This document shows, one piece after another, positions 12,955 through 27,900 of a stretch of DNA of 64,000 nucleotides. The translations under genes were made by a program, and so were the position numbers. The notes under the pieces were generated by a model. The model ran no database searches and was not told the DNA's origin. It saw nothing but the letters and a program-made list of their open reading frames with translations. Position 1 is the first letter of the stretch; every line of letters starts with the position of its first letter. Where the stretch lies: NCBI GenBank assembly GCA_051294905.1, contig CM119372.1, forward strand, positions 12,960,001 through 13,024,000, written 5' to 3'. The DNA is from Botryllus schlosseri. Lineage: Eukaryota.

Positions 12955-15900
12955 TTACGTAATCATTTTCCCCATTTCGAGATCACTTTCCTTGGCATCC
13001 GAATTCGTTTTGAGCCTCGATGTCGTGGCATATTTCCACTTCTGTTAAATAAATTGGAGTATGATATTTTTCCTGCATATACATTAAGGAACTAACAGAC
13101 GCATAATGCGCTTTATAGATATATGAACAATGAGCATTGTGCAAGCTGCGCCAAATTCACTAGTGAGGATCAACAAACACGTCGCTATACAACATGTATA
13201 CCCAGAGACGGTCGGCAACGGAGTGCTTTTGCTCAAACTAATCGGTGGGTTAGTCTACTATCACTAGACCTACTCATGTGGTTGCGTTTTTAGACTACTT
13301 CGCCTTCTTCTTTCACAGTTTTGAAGTCAAACTATATTTACATTTTAAGTTCATGGTATATGGTATGTCAAGTAGAGATTTGCGGTTGGATTCATTCGCA
13401 TCGCTTCCAAGTGTAATCTTGTCATGTAAACTCAGCGATAAGGACGCAGTATGACGGTAACCGATTATGACGTCGAATATTGCAGCTAATTGAACACCTT
13501 TAGTCATTTTGCGTTAGTGGCGAATAATATTGCAGCTATATTTTTCTTCAGTAGTAATCTTCGGTATCCCGGACTATGTATTTTGCAATATTAATAGCTG
13601 CCGCCTGTAAATTGACTAACGAATCTTATGTCACGATTACGGAACTCATTTTCGAAAATTACACCTCTTTGCAGTGTCATTTTTCAGTTTGCCTTAGTCG
13701 CAATGATGCAGTCTGCATTAGCCGATTAACTGATAAAAGAATGTGATCCTTCGACCAAATATACTTTTCCTAAATACTTTCTTGATACTTCTCTGACTTT
13801 TTGTGTTCACCTTAAATAGTTTTGGTGGCATGCCGTGAAAATCACTACACTTCAACTTGTAATTCATTACAAATTAACGGCATTATTTCGTATTGTCATT
13901 ATACTTATATAGCAACAATGAATACTTTGACCACGTCTCAATGCCACGGATTATATGCATCGTGATATAGCAGTGTTGGGATGACTTGAATTTTGAATTC
14001 ATCAGATAGTTTATACTTCATTCTTGCTTTTCAGGCGCATTGTGAAGTGTCCACGTATAAATATTACTTTTCATTTACGTTTTCGTTTTGATTCATGCCA
14101 TCAGCAGCCACATCGCGGTGTAAAAACAACGGTGGCGTGCCTTTAACTGCCGTCACAATGGCATTAACTTAGGGTTACCATATTTTGAGATTCGAAACAG
14201 ACTACACTTTTTAAAAATTGTGAATGTTGTAATATCGGAAAAGAAAATTGGCAAATTTGAAAATTTTTCGACCAATAGTACTGTGTCGCATTTTAATACT
14301 TTTTATAGAAAAAAACGAGGACAAATTCCCAAAAAAGAGGACATTTAGGCGTCCTCCAAGGACACTTTCATGAAAAAAGAGGACAAATTATCTTAAAAGA
14401 GGACTATCGTAACGATACTTAACTGGCTTTATAATGTCATTACAATCGTTCATCGATTTATTTAATAAAATTGTTTGTATGAAACTAATGAAGGGACCGT
14501 GCATTTGAATATCCATGCATCAACATTTTCAAATTGTAAATGGAAAGGACGTAGTTCATTTTTGTCCTTGATGGAGTCGCGGCATTTCGGCTCATAAATA
14601 ATTTTATCTGTGTGACATGAATATTACTAAGCGATCGACGTAGGCCTACAATTACGTTTCCTGGTTTTTCAAAGCCATCATCTCCACCAGTTCTACTGCT
14701 AACTTTGATCACGTGCGCTGCGAGAGGATATTAAAAAGGATAAAAAACGTTATGTTAAAAAATTGATACAATCGATTGAAAAATCATTACCAGTGTGACG
14801 TCATATGTGTTCATGCCTCATTTTAAAACCGGCTAGGAGGCGCTTAAGAGCGTCCGGAATTTGGGCCACGAAAATGTGGTAACCCATGGCCATGGGTAAC
14901 CCTATTTTATTCACAGATGTCGGCGCCAACCTCCATGCAACTCCTGACTCCTATCGTCTCGGCAGTTTATGAATGGCATGGCACCAAGATTGACGCGGTA
15001 TAGCGTATATGCATCTGCGTCGGCGTATTAACTCAAACGACTCAAACTCAAAAAATTCAGTGACTTGAAATTGACTTCAAATCGAGAAATTTGTGACGAC
15101 TTGACTTTTTAAATTTGTCAGATGTGACACGACTTGAAGAATTTCGAAATGACTTGGGACTCGATGGTAATGTGATTTGATGTCAACAGATAAGCATCAA
15201 TGCGACAGAATTGTTGGGCACACAAAAACTGTAATATGAATAAACACACGAAACATTTAATTTGCACCGCCGTAATATAAACTCGGGCGCACATGTCGGA
15301 GTATAGCAATTCGTACCTCCTGAAGTGTTGCTCCGCGTGCTCTACAGAGCACGCATAAACCAACCACCGGAATACAAAGCATTGACGAAAGGTGAAGAGC
15401 CCATCCAATAACCTCGCCCCACCATGGATAAGAATAATTTCCTAAAGTCAGTGGGGTGTATTCCACACAGCATGCAATGAAGATGGCCTAAAAGTATAAT
15501 TGCAGTGTATTGGTAACGCATCGACTATTTGCAATATAATTACCATGCAGAATAATGGCGTGATAAACTGGATACAGTATTTGATCAAGAATGACGGAAA
15601 ATATCCTATCATGGACTTCACATTATGCCAAAACTTGTCGATTCCGTAGATCCATGCCACTGCTACAGTTTCGGCTATTGCCACCCACAGTAACGCAATA
15701 CCACTAGCGCCGTAACGATTCACCAGTTCGAAAACGTAGATTCCATTCTGTGAACAGGTCGAAATTTTGATTAATGCACCCACTTCCGTTTCATCAAACG
15801 GATCTTGGCACTCACATCTGCAAACTGAGGTAAGCTCAGTAGTATCAGTGCCCCACAAAAACCCGCTCTCCAGATCTGCGTGCCTTTGTGACCGAAATAG

Positions 15901-18900
15901 TGAGGCCAATAGTCTGCCAGCGCGGTGATGTTTCCCTCAACTATTGTGAACTGACAATATATATCGAGGGAGTTATCCATGCTAGAAAATCACAACGAAA
16001 AAGTGAGTATATACGTTTTTTTTCATAGGTGGTCATTTTTGTTCCGCGGCATATTCAACTCGTGGATATAATTTGATATACCGGTATCGGTTGAAAATAC
16101 TGCATTCTAGGGTTATTTTTAGCATGACGTCACCAAAATTTAATTTTGACGTCACAGTGGATTCACATTGACAATGGAAGATGTAGGGTAAGTATGGCTC
16201 CTTTGATGAATTATAGGCTTCCGACCCCTGTCATAAACGGACTAAAAATATCTCTAACCAGGACTACATCGTCATGCAGCATTTTTACTGTCGGCAGACA
16301 TCATCACGAGAACATCCATTTCATACCAATGATCTATATCTACGAGCTATAACTGTAGAACCAACGACGATTTCGAGAGTTCTAACCATGCCGAATCGTA
16401 TACGTCGACTATATCGCGTGCAAATCGCCCGTCGGCTAATAACACATGTTTTTGGAGAGTATTTACACAATTATGGCACAATAATACAAAGAAACATATA
16501 TATATTTTTTTAAATGGCATTGTCTTAAAACACTGTTTAAAACATGTTTTAAACAAAGTATTTTAAACATCATTTGTTTTAAATGCAACCCTGCTGCAAT
16601 CCCTTAGTGATTGTTGAACATTATACTGCTGAATTCATTAAAACTTACATGGTAATTAGAACAGAATAGTGACTATCATCAACCGAAACCGTGAACGCCT
16701 TATTTCATATTGTGCCCGAGGATCGGTTGTATTATAGGAACCGTTATAGGAATGTGAATCAATATTCAACTTACCACCCCGTCAATAGCCAGAAACGACA
16801 TTCCCAGGAAAAACGCTGCGGCCCAAACTTGAGGGGCCGGCAGGGTATTAAATGCGTTCGGAAAGACGAGGAACACTAATCCCGGACCTGGTAACAAGAT
16901 ATTGATTTCTCGACCGAGCAAATACGTCTGAACAATTTCAATTAAATAGTATATTCATATTGAAATGAACCCGAATATTTTCGGCTGACACTCGTCAGGG
17001 GTAATCGTCAGCAACTAGTAGAGAATTGGAAAGAACATTGTATATCAACAATCGTATCACAAAATATGACGTCACCAGCATGAAATTTCGAATGAGAGAG
17101 CGTTCAATGTACTATTTTAGGTGATACACGAACTCCTTTTGTTGACAGAGTTTTGGTTGGTGTATTTTGATAAAAGTTGATTCCAAGGCACACAAATGGA
17201 ATTGTGAACGGCCTCGACCTACGATTCGAAATCGGTGGTCTCGATAATTATTCGCACAAATCGGATTATCCAACAGATGTTTGCCGATGGCAGAATTAAT
17301 GGCCTTTGATCGATCAGCATCAATCTTAATTTCAAGTAACATTTGGCCGATCCTTCAATATCTCCTATTTAGTTGAATTTACGAGACTGGACTAAAGACC
17401 AATGCATATTGTGAATATGCATCTATTTTGTGTGGTGAATCTCCCTGATCCGAGCCATTACCTCTACAATGGGGATAGTCGACTCAGCACGGACCTACGG
17501 ATAGATGCAAAATCGGTATTGCTCTGAGAAATAGAATCGTCGCGTATTAGAAAGTCTCGTCGCATTGCGGCTTTCCGATTGCTGGTCACATGGATCATTT
17601 CCGACTTTAAGAGAGATTAAGGGGGTTCCAGTTCCTGACCATATATTAATTTATATTCTTATAATTGGTGCAATAGTATAGCATTCGTTTAGGGCCCGTT
17701 TTGATAAATAATGGGTTCGGGTCGCGAGCTTTAACATTACCATATATCTGTTTACGAAGAGATTTTGCTAGCGGTATCCGGTTGTCCAACCGTGCAGTCA
17801 CGTGCTAGGCATCTATCCGTTGGTTATTTATCTATCTCTATACTCACACTCAACATCGATTAGTTCGATATATCGGCTATACATTCCTAGTTGCAAACTA
17901 TACATTCCTACTAAAAACTTTGACAGAATGAAGATATTCAATGGATAATGCCGACTTCCAGCGCGGTCACCAAAATCTTCACCGGAGCCGCTACATGTCA
18001 TCGACGAGATTTACTCACCTCCTTCAGCGATGTCAGTGACGTTTTTGCCTTCAGTAAACGCCATATGACCAAGAAAAGAAAACACGACGAATCCGAAAAA
18101 TAGTGAACTCAAGCAGCAAGTAAGCACGAAGACGTACGCGCTCCTGATACAGAAACTGGGATTAGAAATAAGCCGTGCAGGCGAAGTGCGAGCCTATACT
18201 TGTAGCAATCGAATGAAAACTTGTTGTAGCTTCCCATTCCGTAAAAACAGCCGTAACATATTCCAAGCGAGTAAATTATCTGAGTACCCCCATCGAGCCA
18301 AACCTGAAGAAATACAGGCGGAACATAAGATATACGTTTCCTCCGTCAAAGAAACAGAGCAAATTGTACCTCCGGTTCGGCTAGTCTAGTGACTTTGGGT
18401 GTGATGTAATAACGGATCCCGTCGCCGGCTCCTTCCAACGTTATCCCACGTACGAACAGAGCAAACATCAATACGTACGGAGCTATCACAGTAACATACG
18501 CGGCCTGCGTGTACGGAATCAAAATATTGAAATGAAAAGGGAGATTCAAGTATAGCGGTTCCTCTACCTTTCCAGATGTTCGTATTCCTTTGTATATGCA
18601 GAGATAACAAGCTAACCAACACAATAGGAAACACCCAATCATTTTCCAGTTAGAAAAACTTCCAACGTCGCTCAATCCCGAAGATCGCTGAAGCACGTAA
18701 TTGCTGCGTAAATATATCGGACATTGTCTGATCTAAATTATGCTGGCTTACATGGTTGAACATGGTAATGCAAACGTACTTTTGGTAAACGCATATTACA
18801 AAACTGAATACCAACCTTTTTAAACCAGTGGCCCCTTCGGCCGAAAGTCCCCCATAAGAAACAGCTTTCTAATTACTAAAAATGTTGAGTAAACGTGGCA

Positions 18901-21900
18901 GGTGTAAGTCGGGCATGTTTCTGCCATATTATAGGTCAGTTACCCAGCAATAGAGCGCCTGATAAAGCCAAGCGAACTCTCCTGATTCGTCGGTGCACAT
19001 GCACACGAATGGAACTTGAATGGAACTGGTCAGTTGGTCATTGGGGGTCTCTTATTTATAACTATAGGATGATGCCAAGACTACAGAGCATGTTTGATGA
19101 GCACTATACACGGACTACACTATACAATATATAAGAGCTTCACATTTGTACATGTGCTTGTTCATGTGCAGTGCATAGGGAGGTGCGAACTATTGAAAAC
19201 TTCTAGTTCGTGTGAACACGATCTTATAGAAAAAGTTAGCCGCGTAGATGACAAATCACTACACGACGGCACGTGACGTCACAAGGCTGACTGGTCGCAT
19301 GATACATGTACAATTGTACATTGTACATTGTACATGTACAGCCTCTATCTCTCTAATACATGAACATAAATAGACGTGCATCGCTTGATTCTAAACAGTA
19401 CGTGAAGCCAATCGAGTATAGGAAAGGTGGACCACAATGGATACAGGGGCACAATGGGGAATCGTGAATACTATCAAAACTCGACAGGAAGAATATACTT
19501 AGTTACGATGATTTAGTAGTGTAATATCAGCCGTAATCCTGATGTGGTTTGATTTCGCCATGGTCGCTGTCTTTGCGAGTTGCTGCTTAATTTTGCTAAC
19601 CTGCGAAATTTACATCGCTACCTTTCGATCGAGTTTTAGATGGGTATATCTCGTATGTCTTGCTTGAAATTAGTACCCATAGCTTAGTCCAGTGGTTCCC
19701 AACCAGGGGGGAATTCCCCCCTTGGGGGGAATTTTGAAATTTTTAGGGGGGAATCTGGCTTTGGCATTGTATCGGAAGATATACTGGGTTCACAAGGTTT
19801 TTGGATTTTTATGGTATAGAACTGTTAAGTAGAAATTAGTTCTTAAGAATTGTATGTTTCTGTGGCGGATTTCAAGATAGGTGTATGTTTAAATGCCTTC
19901 CGTAGATATTACACCCCCTGATAAAGTGAGGCTCACGAGACGATTTCTTTGGGCACGCGACAGCCTCTCGACCAAATTGCTACTATAAGCAGTAAAACGT
20001 CAAGCCGAATTCAGCAAGAAGGCCGCGAGTGAAATTGTTTAACTTTTTAAGCCAACATATGAGTTAACGTGAAAAACATACCAAATTCATCGATTCAACT
20101 CAAGTCCATAGCAAGTAGACTTGCTGATTTATTTTTCGTCAACGGCTACCCGACCGGTCAAATTTAACTGTACTTTACCAAAGTTTAGTGCGGTCCGCAT
20201 TCGACAAAGTTCGGACATATCTGAATATGTTTGGCCAATAATTGCTCAGTCAACAAATGGTTGCGCGTTAAAAAGCACATTTTTTTGTCGCAGGCAACTT
20301 TTTCATAGGGGGGAATTTCAGCTCAAATGTCGGCCAAGGGGGGCACGAGACGAAAAAGGTTGGGAACCACTGGCTTAGTCGGAGCAGTTATTAGTCGCCC
20401 TGTATGCTATTTCAGGTGCAGGATTGCGGTTTTAAAATATTAGAGGGTTTTTGCTTTGAAGAAGGGGAGGGGGGGGGGCAATTTGGTTGGAGCACAATGG
20501 TCCATTGATATATAAAGGCAGATTTTACAAAATATATAAAAATCAACATAAGAGTGCGTGTATTAGGTCTCCCTGCGCGGGAGGGATATTATTGTTAACT
20601 CACTGCAAAATGTCGCGTACAAAGAGACATTTTCAGGAAAACAATATATTAGTTTAGAGCTAAAATTAGAGTAGGCCTATAAAAACATTTAGGAAATTTG
20701 ATTAGAATTAGAATTAGAGTATAGGAGCATTTCACAAATTAAATTATACTTAGAATTAGAGCATAGAAAAACTTCACAAATTAGGTTAGAATTTGATTAC
20801 TGACATTTCGCTTTAATTTAGTGAACTTAGACAACTATAATTATCTAGTTGTCAAAGTGTGCCTTGGAGTGTCACGCAATAAATGAAGGACATTGAGGAT
20901 GATTTACCACCCCCTATAATCAATGAGGATTGCTGAGTCAGCAGCTATCTTCATGCAAGTTTCATTACGATTCCAAACTTCGGGATGTAAACTAAAACTG
21001 GTCTTGGACACCTGCTGATCAATCAGTTTCTTTAACCCTTCTCAGTTTCTTGCTAACTAATGCAGTGTTATACTTTTAATACTGGCTCATTTTTTCCCGG
21101 CACTTGTTCCACTGTACCCTGCCTATGGAGCACGATGGGACAGAAAAGTACGTTTTTCAAGTGGCTGATGTGCTTTCGTTATTTCTCCGTATTTTCAAAT
21201 CATTTTTCTTCAGAAATATGCATTTTATATGCATCCATCGTTTTGCTAAAGTTCATTGGTACTTCTGGTTTCGAAATATTTTATGACTAAAAATGTGATT
21301 TTCGGCCCATTCGAGAGCGATTCAGTTAAGGCCCGAGTAATAGACTTCGAGTCAAATCGAGTAATCGAGGGTCACCTGTTATACACAGACAAAGGTGGGC
21401 AAAAGTATTCGGTGTTGTTACTCAAGCAGAAGTAGAAGTAACGTTTTAAATTGCTACTAAGTGCAAGTAGAAATAGCGATTACCAAGATATGTCAAAATT
21501 ATAGGAAGTGGAAGTAATAAATGAAGGCATGAAAAGTACTCAAGTAGGTAGTTTCAAAAAGAAGATTTGGTCGAGGGGTGGCATGCTTCAAGCAATTCAT
21601 CGGACGTTTGCACTTCCGGACTTGCAGGGTACATCTTAGCGACTAACGCAAAATGATTAATGAGACTGCAAATATACTAATTCTGTCCTATCCTAATTAG
21701 AAGGCTCTCAAGGGAGTAAGAAAATTTCGAAACTATATAATTCTCGTAGTGGCAATAGGGTATCATTTCGGTACTTAAAACTATGATCTATCGACATTCG
21801 AATCCTCACATTTTATACAGGGCATGGTATGGTATGGAATGAAATTTCGGTATCGAATATGGAAATTTCCAATTATGTTATGGAATTATATTTTCATTCA

Positions 21901-24900
21901 TTCCATACTTTGGCAGTTTTGCCAAAACCATGAGAATGTTCCAACATTTGATTTGTCAAATCGATTACATGCCCTAGCTCACTGACAGGTCCGCTGGTCT
22001 ATATGTTCATTGTTCATATCTCAAAGTGCGACTCACACTCACTCACCCACCCCCGACAACATCTATTTGAAGACAAAAAAGAGTATAGTAAACTTCGTAA
22101 ACTACCAGGGGGAGTTTTAAAATTCTAGACTCTGTTACGTCAATATTTATATCAATATTTATATCAATTTTTTTGAACTTCGAAGTCATATCCTGCGATT
22201 TGCTCGGATTTTCATCACGCAATAGCTATTTGACATGAAGCGTCTTTGTAATTCCTAAATATGAAGCTTGTCTCGGATCGACGTTACGCCATGTCGGCCT
22301 TCAACACGCGTTCCAACCAATGTTCCCTCTTAGCTGCGCGCATGCGCAATTGCGCAGTGCTAACACGGTCTATGTGCACAGAAAATCTAAGCTGCGCACA
22401 AAAAATCCGAATGGATGACTTTTTTTTCTTAGTCGCTACACACTGTTGTCCAAGGGACTGCGCAGTGAGTTGGTGAGTGCGCGTAGATTCGTGACGAATT
22501 AGATGGAACATTGGTTCTAACTTCAATTAATCGGGTTATCTCTGATAAAAGAATGGACAGTGGACACGTCGATGTTGCTAATAAAGCTATTGTAGCGGCA
22601 CTACTAGGCGCGCTCGTCGATCGTGTCGATTATTTGATTAGCAATTTGTGAATGCTTCCGCATCCCTTTTCAATGCGTTCATGTGGATGCGTTTACTGGG
22701 GAGTTACTCTTTTCGCTCGCAATAAACGGAGCTCTCTCTTCATTGGTGACCTCGGCAGGCAGGAACGTATTCCTGCACTACGAGCCTGTATCAGCAAACA
22801 GGCAATCAGAATTCGGTAGCTATTAAGCTCCCAACCTTTTGGACAGAGGAACCACGAGTTTGATTTCGACAGGAGGAAGCACAGTTCGCTTTGAAAGGAG
22901 CTACTGCGGATGAAATCAAATTCTATTACGTATTTTCGGCTTTAGATCAGACCCCAGGGAAACGGCCGATAGAACTATTGGACAATCTTCCACAAGCAGA
23001 GAAGTACAACACAATCAAAAGCAGGTTATTACAGTCCTTTGCCTTGTCTCCATCAGAGCGACCTGCACGTCTGTTGAATATATCACCTCTCGGCGACAGA
23101 ATGTTCTCGCTTCACTAATGAATATCACCCACACATTGGCGGAGAAACTTGATCTGCTGTCGCAAAATCCCTAATGATTGTAGCGATGTAAAATTGTATT
23201 TTAAGAGAAATGTTAATGCGACAATATCTTTATTTTGTGTAAATTTGTACATGATATATATCCATATTACGGCATGCTAGGAGTATGTTGCCTACTAGTT
23301 CTACATGTCATGAGTTTTTGTTGTGATTCCCGAATAATCCGGTACGTATTCTACGTTCCGTCTTCAATAACAATGGTTTAAACGATTTTCGCGCCAGGAC
23401 CTATTTGGGTCAATTATACCTAATTTGGGGGCGCTGAATACGAATCTGACGTTATTTTTGCTCCGTCGCATCACGTTTTTGAGATATTATATATGCTGAA
23501 TATTTCTACTAAGTAGAAAGTAGTTCAGGGATAATATTGCACACTATCATGAGTCGAATTGTCATAAAAAACGCGTGAAATAGCCTCTGAATCACAGTAG
23601 CTGAAGACATTTTTCGAAGATTCTGCCCATGGGTGGTGTCATTATAGTCATTTTGCGTTAGCTGCGACGATACATTTTGCGATTCCGTATGTAGCCACCT
23701 CCGACTATAACTGTTGAATGCATGCGACCACCATACCACCGACCAAATATTTACTGACTTTCTCAGACGTTTCATTTCGTCTTCCACTTGAAATAGTTTT
23801 CACACGTCTTAGTAATTATTACTTCTACTTGTAATTGAGTAGAAATGCAAGGCGTTGCTTGTGCTACTTGAGTAGCAACGCCGATCAGTTCGACCAACTC
23901 TAGTTCACAGTAAAATATTACGGCAAATCAGAAACCGCCAAAACTGTAAGCTTTTTGTATTTAGAACTGGCGTTCAATCATGCTAAACACTGAGAAAAGG
24001 CTTCTAAACCATTTAAAAACATCACTAGAAATTAACCAATGCTCATGTCGGGCTCTCTTCCAGCATAGAACACATGGTATTTGGTGCAGGCCACAGAATG
24101 TCCTATATCGAGACAGATTGACTGTCCTAGAACCGATGCATATTTATTTCTATTGTGAAGTATTACGCACTTTATGTTTCGTGTTGAGGTGTTAGTAAGC
24201 AGTCTCCATTCATCTGGTTGTCTATAATGGACAATGCAAAAGAATCCCTTTGTATCATGGAAACAACCAAAAGAAAAAACAGTGTTCAGAAACAGCTTGC
24301 CTTGATTCCGATAAAATGCAACAGTATATGAAAACCGGAGACGAAGAATTTAGCATGATAAGTGCAGGAGTAGATTAATGATGATAAATTATTTCAAGTT
24401 ATCATGATAAACACTTTTTTCTTTGGAAAAGCATACATCCTGTTTCTTCTAATGTTTCAAAACCAGCTTAAAGGGTCACATATTTAGGTCATGTACCGGA
24501 GGGAACAATCTCTTCTACATAGTATACCAGCAATAAAATGTTTATTGTTTGTAAACTTCTACGTTTTACGAAAGAGCAGTGTGCTGTCACAGAATGCATT
24601 GACCGATTAAGTCTGCAGGACAGATGTATAAAGATAGATAATGTACTGAGCTAAATTATAGGTACGGAGCTACTAATCACAATCTTTAGACGAACAGTGG
24701 CATATAAAGATAATAACTGGTGAGGCGACTAAAAATAGTTACATCCCCGTATAAATTTATGGGTCGAAAAGAGTTCCTGATCGAAATATGATAGAGAACC
24801 ACTGGATTCAAGTTCACCAAAAACTCAGTTATTCTGTTCTACAACAACCCAGGTTTCATGATAGGTGATTTCAATAACAAAATTTGATCTGTTGCTGTTG

Positions 24901-27900
24901 TATGCTGACCGTGATGTCACGAACCGAAATTTGATTATTTTATAAAAATGGAGGAATTCATGCAGAAAAATCTGACGTGATAGAGAAATTCTGAGCACAG
25001 AATCGGATTCAGCTACTTTAAATTAGCCTGAATCAATCATTAAAATTTTTGGCGCAAAATTTTTTTCGAAATTTGTAGACCAGTGTTATTAGTCAACCTA
25101 TATCGCTGACATCTGACTCTAATAACTTTGGGATATAATTGGTTCATCAGGGCTGTTTAAATGGTTAATTGCATACAAAATGATCATATCATAACCGCCG
25201 AAAAATTACCACATATCAAAAACATAATACTATATGAGAGGTTGCGCCACTGCGAAAGTATGGAATAAGTATCAGGTATGGAAGAATGTTGCTATGGTAT
25301 GGAAAATTGTAAGTATGGTATGGAACGATTGAGGCGGGTATGGAGTATGGAAATTTCCCCTTCCATACCTTACCATACTGTGCCCTGATTTTACATGGTC
25401 GATTCTGACTCTATAGGTCTCCAATAGGGACGGTGTGAATCTCTGAAAGGTCCAGGTTCTGTGTGAACGCGAACGTGAACCTCGTGACGTCATGTGACGT
25501 CATATTACTAATTCCAACCCTACATTTCAGTTAAGTGATAGCCAATAATAATAAAGCTGTAAACTATATGGCATTCTTACGAACTGCCATATTTTTAAAT
25601 AACGTATACTAATCGCGCAAAGTGTTGAAGTCGTATCCGGCACTACTTCTCCGTATTACTCTTCGACTGAACTTGATGTCTTATAATATGGGGGAGGGCG
25701 CCATGCCATGATGTTCTCAGAAGGGGTGTTCGAGTAAGCAAAGGATTAGTACCGCATCTCCATATCAATACTATCATTTACATCCCATGTTGTGGACGGC
25801 TGCTTATTCTGTCAAAAATTGACACCTCCTGGGATGCATCAATATGAATCAAGCTCCCTGCACCTTCATCATAGCTCCATTTACAGCTTTTGGCAGTCCA
25901 TGCGAACGAATTACAATCGTTTTCACAACTACTTACTTACTCGAGTAGATTTAAATTCAGTCAATTCTACTTCTACTTCAAGTAGTTTTAGGTTGCTTAT
26001 GTAAGAAGTGCTTCTACTCGTACTTGAGTAGATTTTTTTCGTCACTACTTCTACTTCTACTTGAGTAGCTTTCTTGACTACTTTGAACACCTCAGCAATG
26101 ACAAGTTATACAGCAGTAGTCAACACCCCGACCGCTCGGATTTGGCTTTTATGATGCAATAAACATATGAAGTCAAGATTGACCCGGCACGCCGGTTAGA
26201 TTTTTTACATCAGACAACGACATCAATTTCATTGATTAGTTGATTAAGAATCATTCGCTGACTACATGTAGTGTACGTCTTTCTTAATCTTGTGTGATTG
26301 CGGGTCAAGCTCACAGCAGAAAGTCACTAAATATTCACAAACGGAAAGCTGGATATTTCGAGCAAACTTTTGTACCAAACAAGTAAAATTTTTGAGATTG
26401 TCAAGGTGCATGCTCGTTTAGTGTTGATTTTTTATGCTGACAGCGCCATGCATCCAATCCAATAAATTTCAACCAAAGATGTTATAATGAAGTGAAAAGT
26501 GTAATATATGAAAAAGGTTCACAGTGCAGAAGCTACCAAGGTTCGTTTGTGCACTTGAACCTCTAAATATCTGCGGTTCACACATAGAACGCGAACGTGA
26601 ACCTCACGTTCACGCCATCCCTAGTCACTAGCACTTGTATCGTTATGTTAGCAGTAGCTACTTTACGACTCACAGTCATGCGAAAGTGTAATGCTAAACG
26701 GGTATGTCACGTTATACGGGGATAGTGCATAACAGGTGTAGCCTACTAGCTAGAAATATCCTCAATAGCAGTTATCTTACTTGAAAAATTGAAATGCAGA
26801 TATCTTACTTGAAAAATTGCACAGGAGCGGAAATCCCCGCAGCTATTGTTGAATCATTAGTGAGATCACGAAACACAGCGTCCACGGATGAATTGGTAGC
26901 ATTTGGCCAGTTTTCGATCAATCCAAGGGGTATGCAACTTTGATTATTCCACCAGTTATCTTTGAATGCAGTTGAAACATACATATTCTATATGTCGCCA
27001 TTAGCCTACATATCATCACCGAAGTTCTGTTCCGGTATCTAACCTTAAGCATTTGCATTATGACGTGCTATACCAATAATGTCGCACTGATCAACATATA
27101 GGACAAAAAAAGGGTTGTGACATTCTTCGCTTACTGCATGTTCCCCAGGCTAGTTCTTCCGTCGTGAGAGAGTTGAAAAAATAAAACAAACACCAAGCCA
27201 TGACGACGACGAAGTATATATTGGTTAAGGAGCAAATGACCATGCTTGAGAAGCCAATTCCCTGTCAACAAAATATGAAAGTGAAAATCCATCAGATCAT
27301 GATATAAGAATTAATTAAGTTAGATTAGAATACGGCGAAACAAAGACAGAACTCAGAATGATCCCTGATGAAGGATTTTATCGTATATGGATTTATGCAA
27401 TTTGACGCGGGCATAGTCTTACGGAAATTATGTAATTATGTAATGTATGAAATTATGTATATAAGTGCTCCTTCAAACTCATCGGTCGACCAGTTAAAAT
27501 ATTACTTACATATTCATTGGCGCGTCATTTGGACGAAATGTCTCAATATAACATAACGCAGGTGAGCAGTGAATAAGTCGTCAGTATATTCCTCTCTGGA
27601 CGAGGCCACGATACTCGTTCTGATAGGTGGTAATTGCAGAGGCGGTCAGTAACGAAGTACTTCTACTGTTTCGAAGTACTCAAGTAGTTTTCCTCTACTG
27701 GTACTTACTCAAGCAGATCTTTTTTTCGCTACTTGTACTTCTACTTCATAATATTTTGTGAACTGCTCACTTGCTTTTCGCTATTTTCAGTTTGTCAAGT
27801 AGAAGTAGTCTAAGCACCCAATCAGAAAGATAGCCTACGGAATTTCGGGGCTGTTTTCACATAGTACGAACATTTAATTTTCATAAAAGTCATGAATTTT

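Noticed and set aside
14801..14842. Alternative SLC6 last exon ([13 protein letters not shown])
   Set aside because: Weak acceptor and no counterpart in the duplicate copies, whereas the 13041-12955 exon is conserved in all three copies.
23371..25085. Single Chapaev3-like element with CAC ends
   Set aside because: The ends are degenerate, the flanking triplets do not match (TAA vs TTA), and no transposase motif was found; may be separate fragments.
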